Below, piece by piece: positions 1 to 13,354 of a DNA stretch of 64,000 nt (the stretch's first letter is position 1; each line of letters starts with the position of its first letter). The stretch comes from Thermoanaerobaculia bacterium (GTDB lineage: Bacteria; Acidobacteriota; Thermoanaerobaculia; Multivoradales; JAHEKO01), in contig JBFGNS010000005.1 of the NCBI GenBank assembly GCA_041574955.1, positions 417 to 64,416 of the forward strand, in the 5' to 3' direction. Below the pieces are notes generated by a model, which saw only the letters and a program-made list of their open reading frames with translations, was not told the origin of the DNA and did not search any database. The position numbers were made by a program, and so were the translations under genes.

Positions 1-2244
1 GACCCGGCGTCGGGCGACCCCACCCGCTACGACCTGTGGCGCGGCTTCTCGCTGATCCCCGAGGCCACCCCCGACAGCGCCTTCGACGACGCCACCGAGA
101 CTGGCATCGAGAGCGTCGCCAACGACCTGATCTCCGACCTGCTGTCGCTCAAGAAGGGAACCCTCAACGACGGCACCAAGGTGCCCGACTACCTGCTGGG
201 CGACATCTTCCACTCGCAGCCGCTGATCGTCGAGGCGCCGCCGAACAACTTCTACTTCGCCCAGGACGCCGGCGCCGACCCGGCGGCGCCGCTCGCGCCG
301 TGCGAGATCGACGACTCCGGCATGGGCTCGAACCGCGGCTACCGCTGCTTCCTGCAGCGCCACATCTACCGCCGCAAGCTGCTGCTGGTGGGTGCCAACG
401 ACGGCATGCTGCACGCCTTCGACGTCGGCCGCTACGACCGCTCGGCCAACGAGTTCACCGACGGCACCGGCTCCGAGGTTTGGGCCTACGCGCCGCGCGC
501 CGCCCTACCGACCCTGCGCGAGGTCAACCAGACCGGCAACCACCGGTTCTCGGTCGACGGCTCGCCGGCGGTGGCCGACGTGTTCATCGACCCGGTCTTC
601 GCCGGCAACCCGACCGCCGGCCAGCGGCAGTGGCGCACGGTGGTGGTGACCGGTCTACGCGAGGGCGGCAGCAGCTACTTCGCGCTCGACATCACCCAGC
701 CCGAGCCGCTCGAGGACGTGCCCGGCCTCGGCTTCGCGCCCTCCGAAGCCGCACCCGCCACAGATGCGGTGGCCGGCTGCAGCGACGGGGGTACCGACTG
801 CGGCCCCAACAAGTACCCGGCGCCGCTGTGGGAGTTCTTCGACTCGACCGCCGACAGCTTCCTCACCCTGCCACCGCCGCAGCCGATCCTGATGGACGAG
901 GACCAGAACGGCGCGCCCGACCTCGGCGACACCTGGTCGAACGCCACCATCGGCCGCATCCGGGTCTGCGAGGGCGCCGAGTGCGACCCGCGCCAGCCGG
1001 TCAACAACGTCCGCGACCTGCACGTGGCGGTGTTCGGCGGCGGCATGGACCCGATCAACAAGGACTTCGACCCGCGCGACGCCGGCATGAACGTGCCGCC
1101 ACTGCGCGGCAACTTCCTGTACATGGTCGACATCGAGACCGGCCGGGTGGTCTACAAGCGCGCGCTCGACGGGCCGACTCCCGGCGACGCAGCGGCGGTC
1201 GACACCGACCAGGACGGCTACCTCGACCGCATCTACATCGGCACGCTGTTCGGCTCGCTGTACCGCGTCGACCTGCTGCCCGACGTCGACAACGACTACC
1301 CCAAGCCGTCGGTGACGGTGGTGTCGGACATCGAGGGCAACGACTACGGCGCGGTGCGGATCATGAAGGACAAGAACAACCAGCCTACCTGGGAGCCGGT
1401 CAGGATCTTCGACGCCAACTGGAACGGCGCCGACCCGACCGACGTGCCGCGTGCCATCTATCAGGCGCCGTCGGTGTTCTTCGTCACCCAGCTGGGGCTG
1501 TACGGCGTCGCTTTCGGCACCGGCGACCGCGAGGACCTGATGACCTGGACGCCCGAGGGCCTGGGCTTCCAGACCGGCCGCTTCTACGTCTTCGTCGACG
1601 ACACCGGTCTCGACCCCGCACCCGCCCTGCCGCTCCGGGAGACCAACTTCACCGGCATCGACTTCAACGACACGACGACGCTCGCCAACCTGTTGGGCGG
1701 CGGGCTGGGCCAGAAGGGCTGGTACCTGCGGCTGCGCGGCAAGGAGAAGGTGGTGTCGCAGGCGTTCTCGCTGCTCGGCCTGACCTTCTTCTCGACCTTC
1801 GTCTCCACACCCCGCGAGCTGGCTCCGGGCGAGGAGGACAACACCTGCCCGGCCGACCCCAAGGACGTCAACCAGGGTGTCACCTGCAACCCGACCGGCA
1901 ACTCGCGGCTGTTCCTGACCTCGACGCTCCAGGCCCAGCCGTTCTTCACCAACGAAGCCGGCAACCCGTCGCGCTTCATCGAGGTCTCGGGCGCCTTCGT
2001 CAGCAATCCGTTCACCGAGATCGGCATCACCGACGACGGCAGCGGCGCCGAGGGCGGCGCGCCGGCCGAGACCCTGACCGACGCCGAGAAGGACGTGATG
2101 GAGGCGATCAAGTCGCTGTTCCCGCCCAACTGCCGGTTCACCAGCCAGCGGGTGGACGTCAAGCTGGTCACCTCCGACACCGCGGTGCAGCGCATCGCCG
2201 CGGTGCCGGTGTGCGTGATAGAGAAGAACTGGAAGGAGTTCTGA
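1..2244 (+). CDS. pilY1: PilY1-like type IV pilus tip adhesin/biogenesis factor, C-terminal part (5' end outside window)
   Basis: Frame 1 is open from the window edge, so the gene is 5' truncated. VGANDGMLHAFD motif and EF-hand-like Ca site DTDQDGYLDRIYIGTLFGSLYRVDL are typical of the PilY1/PilC beta-propeller domain. Confidence 0.8.
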   Translation, partial: DPASGDPTRYDLWRGFSLIPEATPDSAFDDATETGIESVANDLISDLLSLKKGTLNDGTKVPDYLLGDIFHSQPLIVEAPPNNFYFAQDAGADPAAPLAPCEIDDSGMGSNRGYRCFLQRHIYRRKLLLVGANDGMLHAFDVGRYDRSANEFTDGTGSEVWAYAPRAALPTLREVNQTGNHRFSVDGSPAVADVFIDPVFAGNPTAGQRQWRTVVVTGLREGGSSYFALDITQPEPLEDVPGLGFAPSEAAPATDAVAGCSDGGTDCGPNKYPAPLWEFFDSTADSFLTLPPPQPILMDEDQNGAPDLGDTWSNATIGRIRVCEGAECDPRQPVNNVRDLHVAVFGGGMDPINKDFDPRDAGMNVPPLRGNFLYMVDIETGRVVYKRALDGPTPGDAAAVDTDQDGYLDRIYIGTLFGSLYRVDLLPDVDNDYPKPSVTVVSDIEGNDYGAVRIMKDKNNQPTWEPVRIFDANWNGADPTDVPRAIYQAPSVFFVTQLGLYGVAFGTGDREDLMTWTPEGLGFQTGRFYVFVDDTGLDPAPALPLRETNFTGIDFNDTTTLANLLGGGLGQKGWYLRLRGKEKVVSQAFSLLGLTFFSTFVSTPRELAPGEEDNTCPADPKDVNQGVTCNPTGNSRLFLTSTLQAQPFFTNEAGNPSRFIEVSGAFVSNPFTEIGITDDGSGAEGGAPAETLTDAEKDVMEAIKSLFPPNCRFTSQRVDVKLVTSDTAVQRIAAVPVCVIEKNWKEF

Positions 2245-2246
2245 CC

Positions 2247-3002
2247 ATGAGCCGCAACCGCCTGATCGCCGCGACCGTCGCCGCTCTGCTGCCGGTGTGG
2301 CTCGCGACGCCGGCGGCCGCCGACTGGCTGGTGCTGCGCGACGGCAGCCGCGTCGAGACTCGCGGCCCGTGGGAGGTGAAGGGCAAGCTGGTGGTGTTCA
2401 CCACCGCCGACGGCCAGCTGGCGTCGCTGCGGCTCGCCGAGGTCGACGCCGACGCCAGCCGCGAGGCCACCGCCGACGCCGCCCGGCCGCGGCCCGAGGC
2501 CGCGCCCGCGCCCCCACCCCCGCCGCGCCAGGCCGTCCTGGTGCTGACCGACGCCGACGTGCGCCGCGCTCCGGCGGCTGGCGATGCCGGCGGAGGCGGC
2601 GACAACGGCGACAACGTCGAGCAGGGGGACGGCGGCGACGCGCCGACGCCCCGCCCATCGCTACCGCCCGGCGAGCGGCTGGTGGTCTCCGAGTGGCAGG
2701 AGGAGCCGCTGACCGACGGCGAGGGTCTGCGGCTGACCGGCACGCTGCGCAACCGCGGCGCGGAGGCGGCGACCGGCGTGCGCCTGACCGCGCTGCTGTT
2801 CGATCCCGAGGGCTCGTTGCTGGCCACCGGCGAGGCGCAGCTCAGCACCGCCAACGTCATGCCGGGCCGGCAGGTGCGGTTCGCGATCGACTTCCCCGGC
2901 GTGTTCGCGATGTCGGCGGTGCGGTTCGAGACCGCCAGCGTCGACTTCCGGACCGAGCCCGGGGAGGAGCCCGGCACGCCGCTCGGCGAGCCGGAGCCCT
3001 GA
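2247..3002 (+). CDS. Secreted hypothetical protein (signal peptide, Pro/Ala linker, beta-sandwich-like C-terminus)
   Basis: ATG lies 3 nt after the pilY1 stop, inside the 36..3002 track ORF. Signal peptide LIAATVAALLPVWLATPAAA. High GC3. No family recognised with confidence. Confidence 0.6.
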   Translation: MSRNRLIAATVAALLPVWLATPAAADWLVLRDGSRVETRGPWEVKGKLVVFTTADGQLASLRLAEVDADASREATADAARPRPEAAPAPPPPPRQAVLVLTDADVRRAPAAGDAGGGGDNGDNVEQGDGGDAPTPRPSLPPGERLVVSEWQEEPLTDGEGLRLTGTLRNRGAEAATGVRLTALLFDPEGSLLATGEAQLSTANVMPGRQVRFAIDFPGVFAMSAVRFETASVDFRTEPGEEPGTPLGEPEP

Positions 3003-3031
3003 TCCCGGCCCCAGTGAGCTAGCTTGACCTG

Positions 3032-4339
<1,308 letters not shown>

Positions 4340-4345
4340 GGTGGA

Positions 4346-4351
4346 ATTGTA
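4346..4351 (-). promoter_or_regulatory. -10-like hexamer TACAAT abutting the start codon of the sigma54 activator gene (possible leaderless mRNA)
   Basis: The minus strand reads TACAAT-tccacc-GTG (start 4339). The 6-nt gap would place the TSS on the start codon. Confidence 0.3.
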
Positions 4352-4394
4352 GCCCTCGCGAGCGGCGACGTGCCGCGGGCGCCGGAGCCGGGGG

Positions 4395-5765
4395 TCAGGA
4401 GGCTGCGAGTGCCCGCCGCGCCGCCTTCACCGCCGCCACCAGGGCGGGCTCGTCGGCCGGCGCCACGGTCCTCGCATCCAGGATCACCCGGTCGTCCCGC
4501 ACGTAGCCCACCACCGGCGGGCTGCCGCGACGCAGCGCCGCCAGCAGCCGCTCACCGCCGTCGAGCGCCAGCGCCTCGCCCGCCACCGGCCGGTCGGGCG
4601 CCGCGCCGCCACCGACGTAGGCGTCGGCCGGCACGATCTCGGCCGCCAGCTCGCCGGCCAGGCGCTCGAGTCGCCGGCGGTGCTCCTGCGGATCCGGCCA
4701 CAGCCGGGAGAGCGGCATCTCGCGGCCGGCGAGGTGGCGCTTGAGCACCGCCTCGAGGCTCGCCAGCGACAGCCGGTCGGGGCGCAGAGCGCGGTAGAGC
4801 GGATGACGCTTCAGCCGCCCCACCACCTCGGCGCGCCCCACCAGCAGACCCGCCTGCGGACCGCCCAGCAGCTTGTCGCCGCTGCCGCAGGCCAGATCGC
4901 AGCCCGCCGCCACCAGCTCCTCGAGGCTGGCGTGGCCTTCGAGCTGCGGCGCCGGATGCGGCCGCAACAGGCCGCTGCCCTCGTCGACCAGCACGGCGAT
5001 GCCCCGCTCGCGCGCCAGCGCCACCAGCTCGGCCGGCTCGACCGCGGCCACGAAGCCGCTCATCCGGTAGTTGCTGGGATGGACCTTGAGCAACAGCGCG
5101 GTGTCGGGTCCAACGGCGGCTGCGTAGTCCGCGAGGCGGGTGCGGTTGGTGGTGCCGACCTCCACCAGCCGGGCGCCGGCAGCACCCAGGATGTCGGGAA
5201 TGCGGAACGAGCCGCCGATCTCCACCAGCTCGCCGCGCGAGATCACCACCTCGCGGTCGCGCGCCAAACCGGCCAGAGCCAGCACCAGCGCGGCGGCGTT
5301 GTTGTTCACCACCAGTGCCGCCTCGGCACCGGTGAGCTCCACCAGCAGGCGCTCGACCCGCCGGTTGCGGTCGCCGCGGCGTCCGCTGTCGAGGTCGAGC
5401 TCGAGATCGCAGTAGGCGTCGGCCAGTGCCGGCAGCGCCGCTGCCACCTCCGCCGGCAGCGGCGAGCGTCCGAGGTTGGTGTGGACGAAGATGCCGGTGG
5501 CGTTGATCACCCGCTGCAGCCGGTCGCCCACGCCCGCGGCCAGCCGCCGCTCGATGCGCTGCGGCAGGCGCGCGACGCGCGCCTCGAGCGCGCCGCCGTT
5601 GGTCGACCCGGCCGCCGCCCGCCGCAGCTCGTCGAGCTCGGCGCGCACCGCGGCGCGCACCGCTCGCCTTCCGTATAATGCCGACAACCCCGCGACCGGA
5701 GCCTCCTGCAGGACGGCGTCGACTGACGGCAGGTGGCGGCGGGGATCCTGATTCGGGTCGGACAT
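4395..5765 (-). CDS. selA: L-seryl-tRNA(Sec) selenium transferase
   Basis: 456 aa. LPSVDAVL N-terminus, VINATGIFVHTNLGRS and GSGDKLLGGPQAG regions are typical of SelA. Confidence 0.9.
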   Translation of the reverse strand: MSDPNQDPRRHLPSVDAVLQEAPVAGLSALYGRRAVRAAVRAELDELRRAAAGSTNGGALEARVARLPQRIERRLAAGVGDRLQRVINATGIFVHTNLGRSPLPAEVAAALPALADAYCDLELDLDSGRRGDRNRRVERLLVELTGAEAALVVNNNAAALVLALAGLARDREVVISRGELVEIGGSFRIPDILGAAGARLVEVGTTNRTRLADYAAAVGPDTALLLKVHPSNYRMSGFVAAVEPAELVALARERGIAVLVDEGSGLLRPHPAPQLEGHASLEELVAAGCDLACGSGDKLLGGPQAGLLVGRAEVVGRLKRHPLYRALRPDRLSLASLEAVLKRHLAGREMPLSRLWPDPQEHRRRLERLAGELAAEIVPADAYVGGGAAPDRPVAGEALALDGGERLLAALRRGSPPVVGYVRDDRVILDARTVAPADEPALVAAVKAARRALAAS

Positions 5766-5803
5766 CGGCTTCCGCGTTGCGCTCCATGCGATTCTAGGTC
5801 AAG

Positions 5804-6367
5804 GTGCAGATCCAGACCGCCATCGACCGGCTCGAGCAGGACATCACGCGGCTCAAGATCGACTTCGAGCGTTTCTTCAACGGCGCCCTACCGGTGCCGC
5901 CCGAGGAGTTCCGCCAGGCCGTGCAGCACCAGATCCGCGAGCTGCGCGCGCGGCCGGCGCCGGCGCTGGTGCACCGCTTCCGCCTCAACACCCTCGAGGC
6001 GCGCTTCAACACGCTCAACGAGCTGTTCAACCGGCGGCTGCGCGAGCGCGAGGAGGGCGCCACCGTCGGCAGCATGGCCAGCCACCAGACGCGCCGGCAG
6101 TTCGATCCGTACACCGGCATAGTGGTGAGCGAGGGCGCCCCGCCGGAAGCCCTGCGGGCTCTCTACGCCGAGCTGTACGGCGACGAGGAGCGCGGCGCGA
6201 CAGATTTCCAGAGGTTTCAGACGTACCTGCTCGGCCAGGTGGCCAAGATCCGGGAGCGCAGCGGCTGCTCCGAGGTCAAGTTCCGGGTCGCCAACGAGGG
6301 CGGCAAGGTCAAGCTCAAGGCCAAGCCCGTGCGAGCGGTCCGTCTGCCAGCAACCGGAGGCCTTTGA
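5804..6367 (+). CDS. Hypothetical protein, coiled-coil-like N-terminus
   Basis: 187 aa, GTG start, only 38 bp from the divergent selA start. IDRLEQDITRLKIDFERFF. High GC3. Stop lies 1 nt before the next gene. No family recognised. Confidence 0.55.
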   Translation: MQIQTAIDRLEQDITRLKIDFERFFNGALPVPPEEFRQAVQHQIRELRARPAPALVHRFRLNTLEARFNTLNELFNRRLREREEGATVGSMASHQTRRQFDPYTGIVVSEGAPPEALRALYAELYGDEERGATDFQRFQTYLLGQVAKIRERSGCSEVKFRVANEGGKVKLKAKPVRAVRLPATGGL

Positions 6368-6368
6368 C

Positions 6369-7055
6369 GTGACACGAACCGACTGCAACAGGCGGCCACG
6401 GGCCGGGCGACGGCTCGGCGCCGCTCTGGCCCTGGCCGCGATCGTCGCCCTCGCCCCGCCGCTGTCCGCGGCGCCGCCCGAGAACCTCGACGCCGCGCTC
6501 GCCAGCCAGCGCCAGCACGTCGAGCAGCACCCGGGCGACGCCGGGGCGCTCAACGACCTGGCCAACCTGCTGCTGCTCGCCGGCGACCGTGAGGGTGCCG
6601 AAGCCGCCTACGCCCAGGCGCTGGCGCACGAGCCGGAGCAGCCCCAGGCGCGCTTCAACCTGGCGCTGCTGCTGCACGACCAGGGGCGTCTCCGGCAGGC
6701 GGTCCGCGAGCTCCGGCGGCTGGTCAAGCACCATCCCGACCACGCCTGGGGCCAGTACCAGCTGGGCGCCCTGTACGCCGAGAGGGGCAACCGCAGTCGG
6801 GCGTTGGAGCGGTACGTCAAGGCGTTCCGGCTCGATCCGCGGCTCAGCGACCCGGTGTTCAACCAGCACATCCTGTCCAACCCGCTGGCCACCGCCGCGA
6901 TGCTGCGAGCGTTCTCCGAGCTGTCGAACGCCGCCGCCGTGCCGCGGCTGTACGCCGACCCGGGGAGGGTGACCGCGCTGCTGCTGCCTGCCACCCCGCC
7001 GGCGCCGGCGGACGAGGCCGAGCCGGCCGCGGACGAGCCGCAGGACGACGGCTAG
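6369..7055 (+). CDS. TPR repeat protein with signal-peptide-like N-terminus
   Basis: 228 aa. LGAALALAAIVALAPPLSAAPP followed by TPR-like repeats (AEAAYAQALAHEPEQPQARFNLALLLHDQGRLRQAV, AWGQYQLGALYAERGNRSRALERYVKAF). Confidence 0.7.
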   Translation: MTRTDCNRRPRAGRRLGAALALAAIVALAPPLSAAPPENLDAALASQRQHVEQHPGDAGALNDLANLLLLAGDREGAEAAYAQALAHEPEQPQARFNLALLLHDQGRLRQAVRELRRLVKHHPDHAWGQYQLGALYAERGNRSRALERYVKAFRLDPRLSDPVFNQHILSNPLATAAMLRAFSELSNAAAVPRLYADPGRVTALLLPATPPAPADEAEPAADEPQDDG

Positions 7056-7170
7056 CCCGACGTTCTCAACCAGCCGCCGGGCGAGCGGCCGTCGGTGTGG
7101 GGACGCCTGCGAAAGCAGAGCCGCGGCAGATTCGAGGGCATCTGGGCGGCCGCAGCGGACGGGTTGGCAG

Positions 7171-8490
7171 TCAGACCAGCTCGCCGCCGCCGGCGCGCAG
7201 CTCGAGCCCCGACACCAGCAGGGTCGGAGCGCCGATCAGACCGTCGAGCGGCGCGAACTCGAGATCGCCCGCCACCGCCCGCACGCCGTGGAGCAGCCCA
7301 CCCGGGCTGCCGACCAGCCAGCTGCCGGTAAACGGCTCCGCCAGCCGCCCGCCGCGCACCGCGTAGCCGCACACCGGCACCGCCAGCCGGTCGGCGTCGA
7401 AATCGTAGTGGCCGGCACCCAGGGTGTCGACGAGACAGTAGCCGCGCTCCACCGAGCCCAGCAGCGAGCTCGCCGTGACCGCCGGCGCGGCACGCAGGTA
7501 GAGGTGGGTCGGTGCCGGCCGCGGCAGCTCGCGCCAGCTCGACCGGCGGGTGCAGCCCGAGGCCCTGACGCGGTCCGCGGCCACCTGCCACCAGGCCACC
7601 AGCGGCTGGCGGAAGGCGCCCTCTTCGACCAGCAAGACCTCGCGCGAGCGCACCCCCTCGCCGTCGACCGGGGCGGTCAGCAGGCCGTCGGGCAGCCGGC
7701 CGTCGTCGACCACGCTCAACACCTCGCTGCCGAGCCGTCCCCGCCGGTCGCGCAGGCGGCGCGCCCGCGCCGCGGCTCCCGGACCGACCCACAGCGGGCC
7801 GAGCCCGTCGAGCAGACGGGCCGCCACCGCCGGCGCGATCACCAGCTCGGCGCGGTCGCGCTCGACCGGTGCGCCGCGAGTGCGCGCCTCGAGCTGTCGC
7901 ACGGCCCGCTCCACCAGTCCGGCGGCATCGAACCGGCGCGCCTCGCGCGCCGCCGCCAGAAGCCTGCAGCCCACCGGCGGCCGGCCGGCCGCGACCTCCA
8001 GCCGCAGGCTGGCCAGCCGCCGCCGCACCGTCGCGCGCACGCCCTGACTGTTGGCGACCTCCGACTCGCTCGAGCCGTCCTCCAGCACGCCGTGAACCAG
8101 ACGCCCGCCGGGCACCGCCTCAGCGACCCGCCGCGCCAGCTCGCGCAGCAGCGCGAACGCTTCCCGCTCACCGACCAGGGGAGCGTCGAGATCCGCCGGC
8201 GGCCGCCAGTTGGCCGGCGGCCCGGGCTCGGGCAGCCGCAGGCCCTGGCCGTCGGACGACGGCCACGGTCCGCCGGGCGACGGCTCGCCGCTGCCGGCGG
8301 CGAAGAACGACGACCGCGCGCCGCCGGCGCGCACAGCCCAGCCGCGCTCCTCGCTGAGCAGCGACAGCTCTCCCTGCGGACCGGTCTCGAAGCGGCGCGT
8401 GCGGCCGCGCTTGAGAAACACCTCGGCGCACTCGCTGCCGCGCGCCGCCAGGGCTGCCAGGGTCTCTGCCCCGAGGTCGCCGAAGCTCAT
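7171..8490 (-). CDS. pmbA: PmbA/TldE family metalloprotease modulator
   Basis: 439 aa from ATG 8490 (MSFGDLGAETLAALAARG...), inside the 826-aa track ORF whose 5' part is Arg/Gly-rich junk. TldD/PmbA-family look. Start overlaps the tldD stop by 4 nt. Confidence 0.8.
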   Translation of the reverse strand: MSFGDLGAETLAALAARGSECAEVFLKRGRTRRFETGPQGELSLLSEERGWAVRAGGARSSFFAAGSGEPSPGGPWPSSDGQGLRLPEPGPPANWRPPADLDAPLVGEREAFALLRELARRVAEAVPGGRLVHGVLEDGSSESEVANSQGVRATVRRRLASLRLEVAAGRPPVGCRLLAAAREARRFDAAGLVERAVRQLEARTRGAPVERDRAELVIAPAVAARLLDGLGPLWVGPGAAARARRLRDRRGRLGSEVLSVVDDGRLPDGLLTAPVDGEGVRSREVLLVEEGAFRQPLVAWWQVAADRVRASGCTRRSSWRELPRPAPTHLYLRAAPAVTASSLLGSVERGYCLVDTLGAGHYDFDADRLAVPVCGYAVRGGRLAEPFTGSWLVGSPGGLLHGVRAVAGDLEFAPLDGLIGAPTLLVSGLELRAGGGELV

Positions 8491-9797
8491 CCCAGCCTCA
8501 CCCCCTCGAGCAGCAGCTCGGGCACGGTCGCCCACACCGCCATCCGCTGCCCACCTTTGGCGCACCAGCCGGCACCGGCGAAACGAGGCTTGTCGCCGAC
8601 CACCGCGACCGCGCCCAGCAGCTCCGCCACCCGGCCCTCGAGCCGTGCCGGTCCGAGATACTCCTGCGGCCGGCCGTCGCGGATGCGCCGCGTCACCGGC
8701 AGCTGCAGGCTGAAGTCGCCGCGCAGCGGATCGAGCGCACCGCGCTCGGCCAGCGGCGCGTACAGACCGCCCTCGCCGGCGGCCATCAGCCCGCCCTCCG
8801 CCGCCTCGCCCGCCACCCCCTCGAGGTGGGTCGAGCGCGGCACCGGCGGCTGATGCCGGCCGCCGCGGCGGCCGGCACCGGGGATCAGCGACGCCGAGGT
8901 CGAGGCCGCGTAGCGGTCGGCCAGCGGCTGCTCGACGGTACCGGCGCGCACCAGCCAGCGCCGCACCACCGGCATGCCCTCGTCGTCGCAGGTGCGTCGG
9001 ATCGGCTCGGGCAGCGCAGCCGGGTCGTCCAGCACCGCCAGATGCTCGGGCCCGATCCGCACCCCGACCGCCGCCTCGGGCCGGCCACCGAGCGCCAGCG
9101 TGTCGGTTTCGAGGGCGTGGGCCACGGCCTCGTGCAGCAGCACCGCCGCCGCTTGCGGCGACAGCACGACCGTGTGGCGCCCGGGCGGCGGCGGTGGCGC
9201 GTCGCGCGCCCGGAACAGCTCCACCAGGCCGTCGACCATCTCCGCGGCGCAGGCCGGATCGAGCCGTCGCAGGACGACGCCGTGCCGGCCCCACGGCATC
9301 CGTGCCTGGCAGCTGTAGAAACGCTCGGACTGCGGCTCGCCGGCCAGTTCGGTGCCGACCACGCGCAGCCAGCGGCGGTGGCGGCGCACCGTCAGGCGGA
9401 GCGGGAAGCCCACCAGCCGCTCCTTGAGCAGCCGCTGGACGGCTGCTGGAAAGCGCTGCACCTCGCCGGCCTCGACCGGCGCCCGCGGCGGCTCCACCTC
9501 CAGCCGGAAGCCCGGATAGCTGGCCGCCGGCAGCGCCCGCGCCACCTGGCGCACCGCCTGCTGGAACGACGACGCGTCGATCGAGTCGCGCGACGCCAGC
9601 CAGCTGTGGCCGCCTCGCACCAGCCGCACCGCCAGGCCCTGCTCCTGCCACACGCGCAGGCCGAGCGCCTCGTCGGCGGGCGGCAGCTCGACCCGCTCGC
9701 GCCGCTCGAAATAGACGTCCGCCAGATCGCCCTCGCCGTCGGCGACCTGTGCCAGCCGGCGGCTGATGGCGGTGGTGTGCAGCTGCTCGAAGCTCAC
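8487..9797 (-). CDS. tldD: TldD family metalloprotease
   Basis: About 436 aa from GTG (VSFEQLHTTAISRRL...), placed by frame arithmetic in the 513-aa track ORF. LHEAVAHALE matches the TldD HExxxH zinc motif. Exact start uncertain. Confidence 0.8.
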   Translation of the reverse strand: MSFEQLHTTAISRRLAQVADGEGDLADVYFERRERVELPPADEALGLRVWQEQGLAVRLVRGGHSWLASRDSIDASSFQQAVRQVARALPAASYPGFRLEVEPPRAPVEAGEVQRFPAAVQRLLKERLVGFPLRLTVRRHRRWLRVVGTELAGEPQSERFYSCQARMPWGRHGVVLRRLDPACAAEMVDGLVELFRARDAPPPPPGRHTVVLSPQAAAVLLHEAVAHALETDTLALGGRPEAAVGVRIGPEHLAVLDDPAALPEPIRRTCDDEGMPVVRRWLVRAGTVEQPLADRYAASTSASLIPGAGRRGGRHQPPVPRSTHLEGVAGEAAEGGLMAAGEGGLYAPLAERGALDPLRGDFSLQLPVTRRIRDGRPQEYLGPARLEGRVAELLGAVAVVGDKPRFAGAGWCAKGGQRMAVWATVPELLLEGVRLG

Positions 9798-9873
9798 AGG
9801 CGGTTCATACAGCTTCCGTCGACGTTTTTCCAGCCGGCGGCGAGCGAACGGCGGCGCGCGGCGCCGGCGACGG

Positions 9874-9879
9874 TAGAAT
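9874..9879 (+). promoter_or_regulatory. -10-like hexamer TAGAAT upstream of the carboxyltransferase gene
   Basis: TAGAAT lies about 55 nt upstream of ATG 9934, in the tldD/pccB divergent region. The coordinate was fixed by frame arithmetic against track ORFs 8826..9881 and 9878..10213. Confidence 0.3.
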
Positions 9880-9933
9880 GACCGCCGCGCGGCCCGCCGC
9901 ACGGCAAACGGCCGCGGCGGCGCGAGCCCCCCG

Positions 9934-11505
<1,572 letters not shown>

Positions 11506-11511
11506 GCCGGA

Positions 11512-11539
11512 GGCGGCGGACGGCACCGTGCCCGCCGCC
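11512..11539 (+). terminator. GC hairpin after the carboxyltransferase gene (no U-tract)
   Basis: GGCGGCGG-12 nt-CCGCCGCC, 7 nt after stop 11505, followed by TTGACA. Confidence 0.25.
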
Positions 11540-11604
11540 GCCTTGACAGCGAAGCGCTCCTGCGCCAAGCTCGCCCGTCGACCGGGCGGGGAGAGCCGGC
11601 AACC

Positions 11605-12033
<429 letters not shown>

Positions 12034-12085
12034 GGCCGCGCCCGGCACGCCGGCGGGCCGTCCGGGCGGCCGAGGAGGAGTCCGC

Positions 12086-13345
<1,260 letters not shown>

Positions 13346-13354
13346 CGCCGGCGC

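Noticed and set aside
36-3002. 988-aa ORF spanning the pilY1 region in another frame
   Set aside because: The product is an Arg/Pro/Gly-rich low-complexity translation typical of off-frame reading in high-GC DNA. Only its last 251 codons (from ATG 2247) look like a real gene. Frame 1 carries the PilY1 motifs.
5766-5781. Weak sigma54-like CGGCTT-ccgcg-TTGCG in the selA/5804 divergent spacer
   Set aside because: The spacing is correct, but the -24 box matches only GGC and the predicted leader would be about 12 nt. This is not distinguishable from chance in GC-rich DNA.
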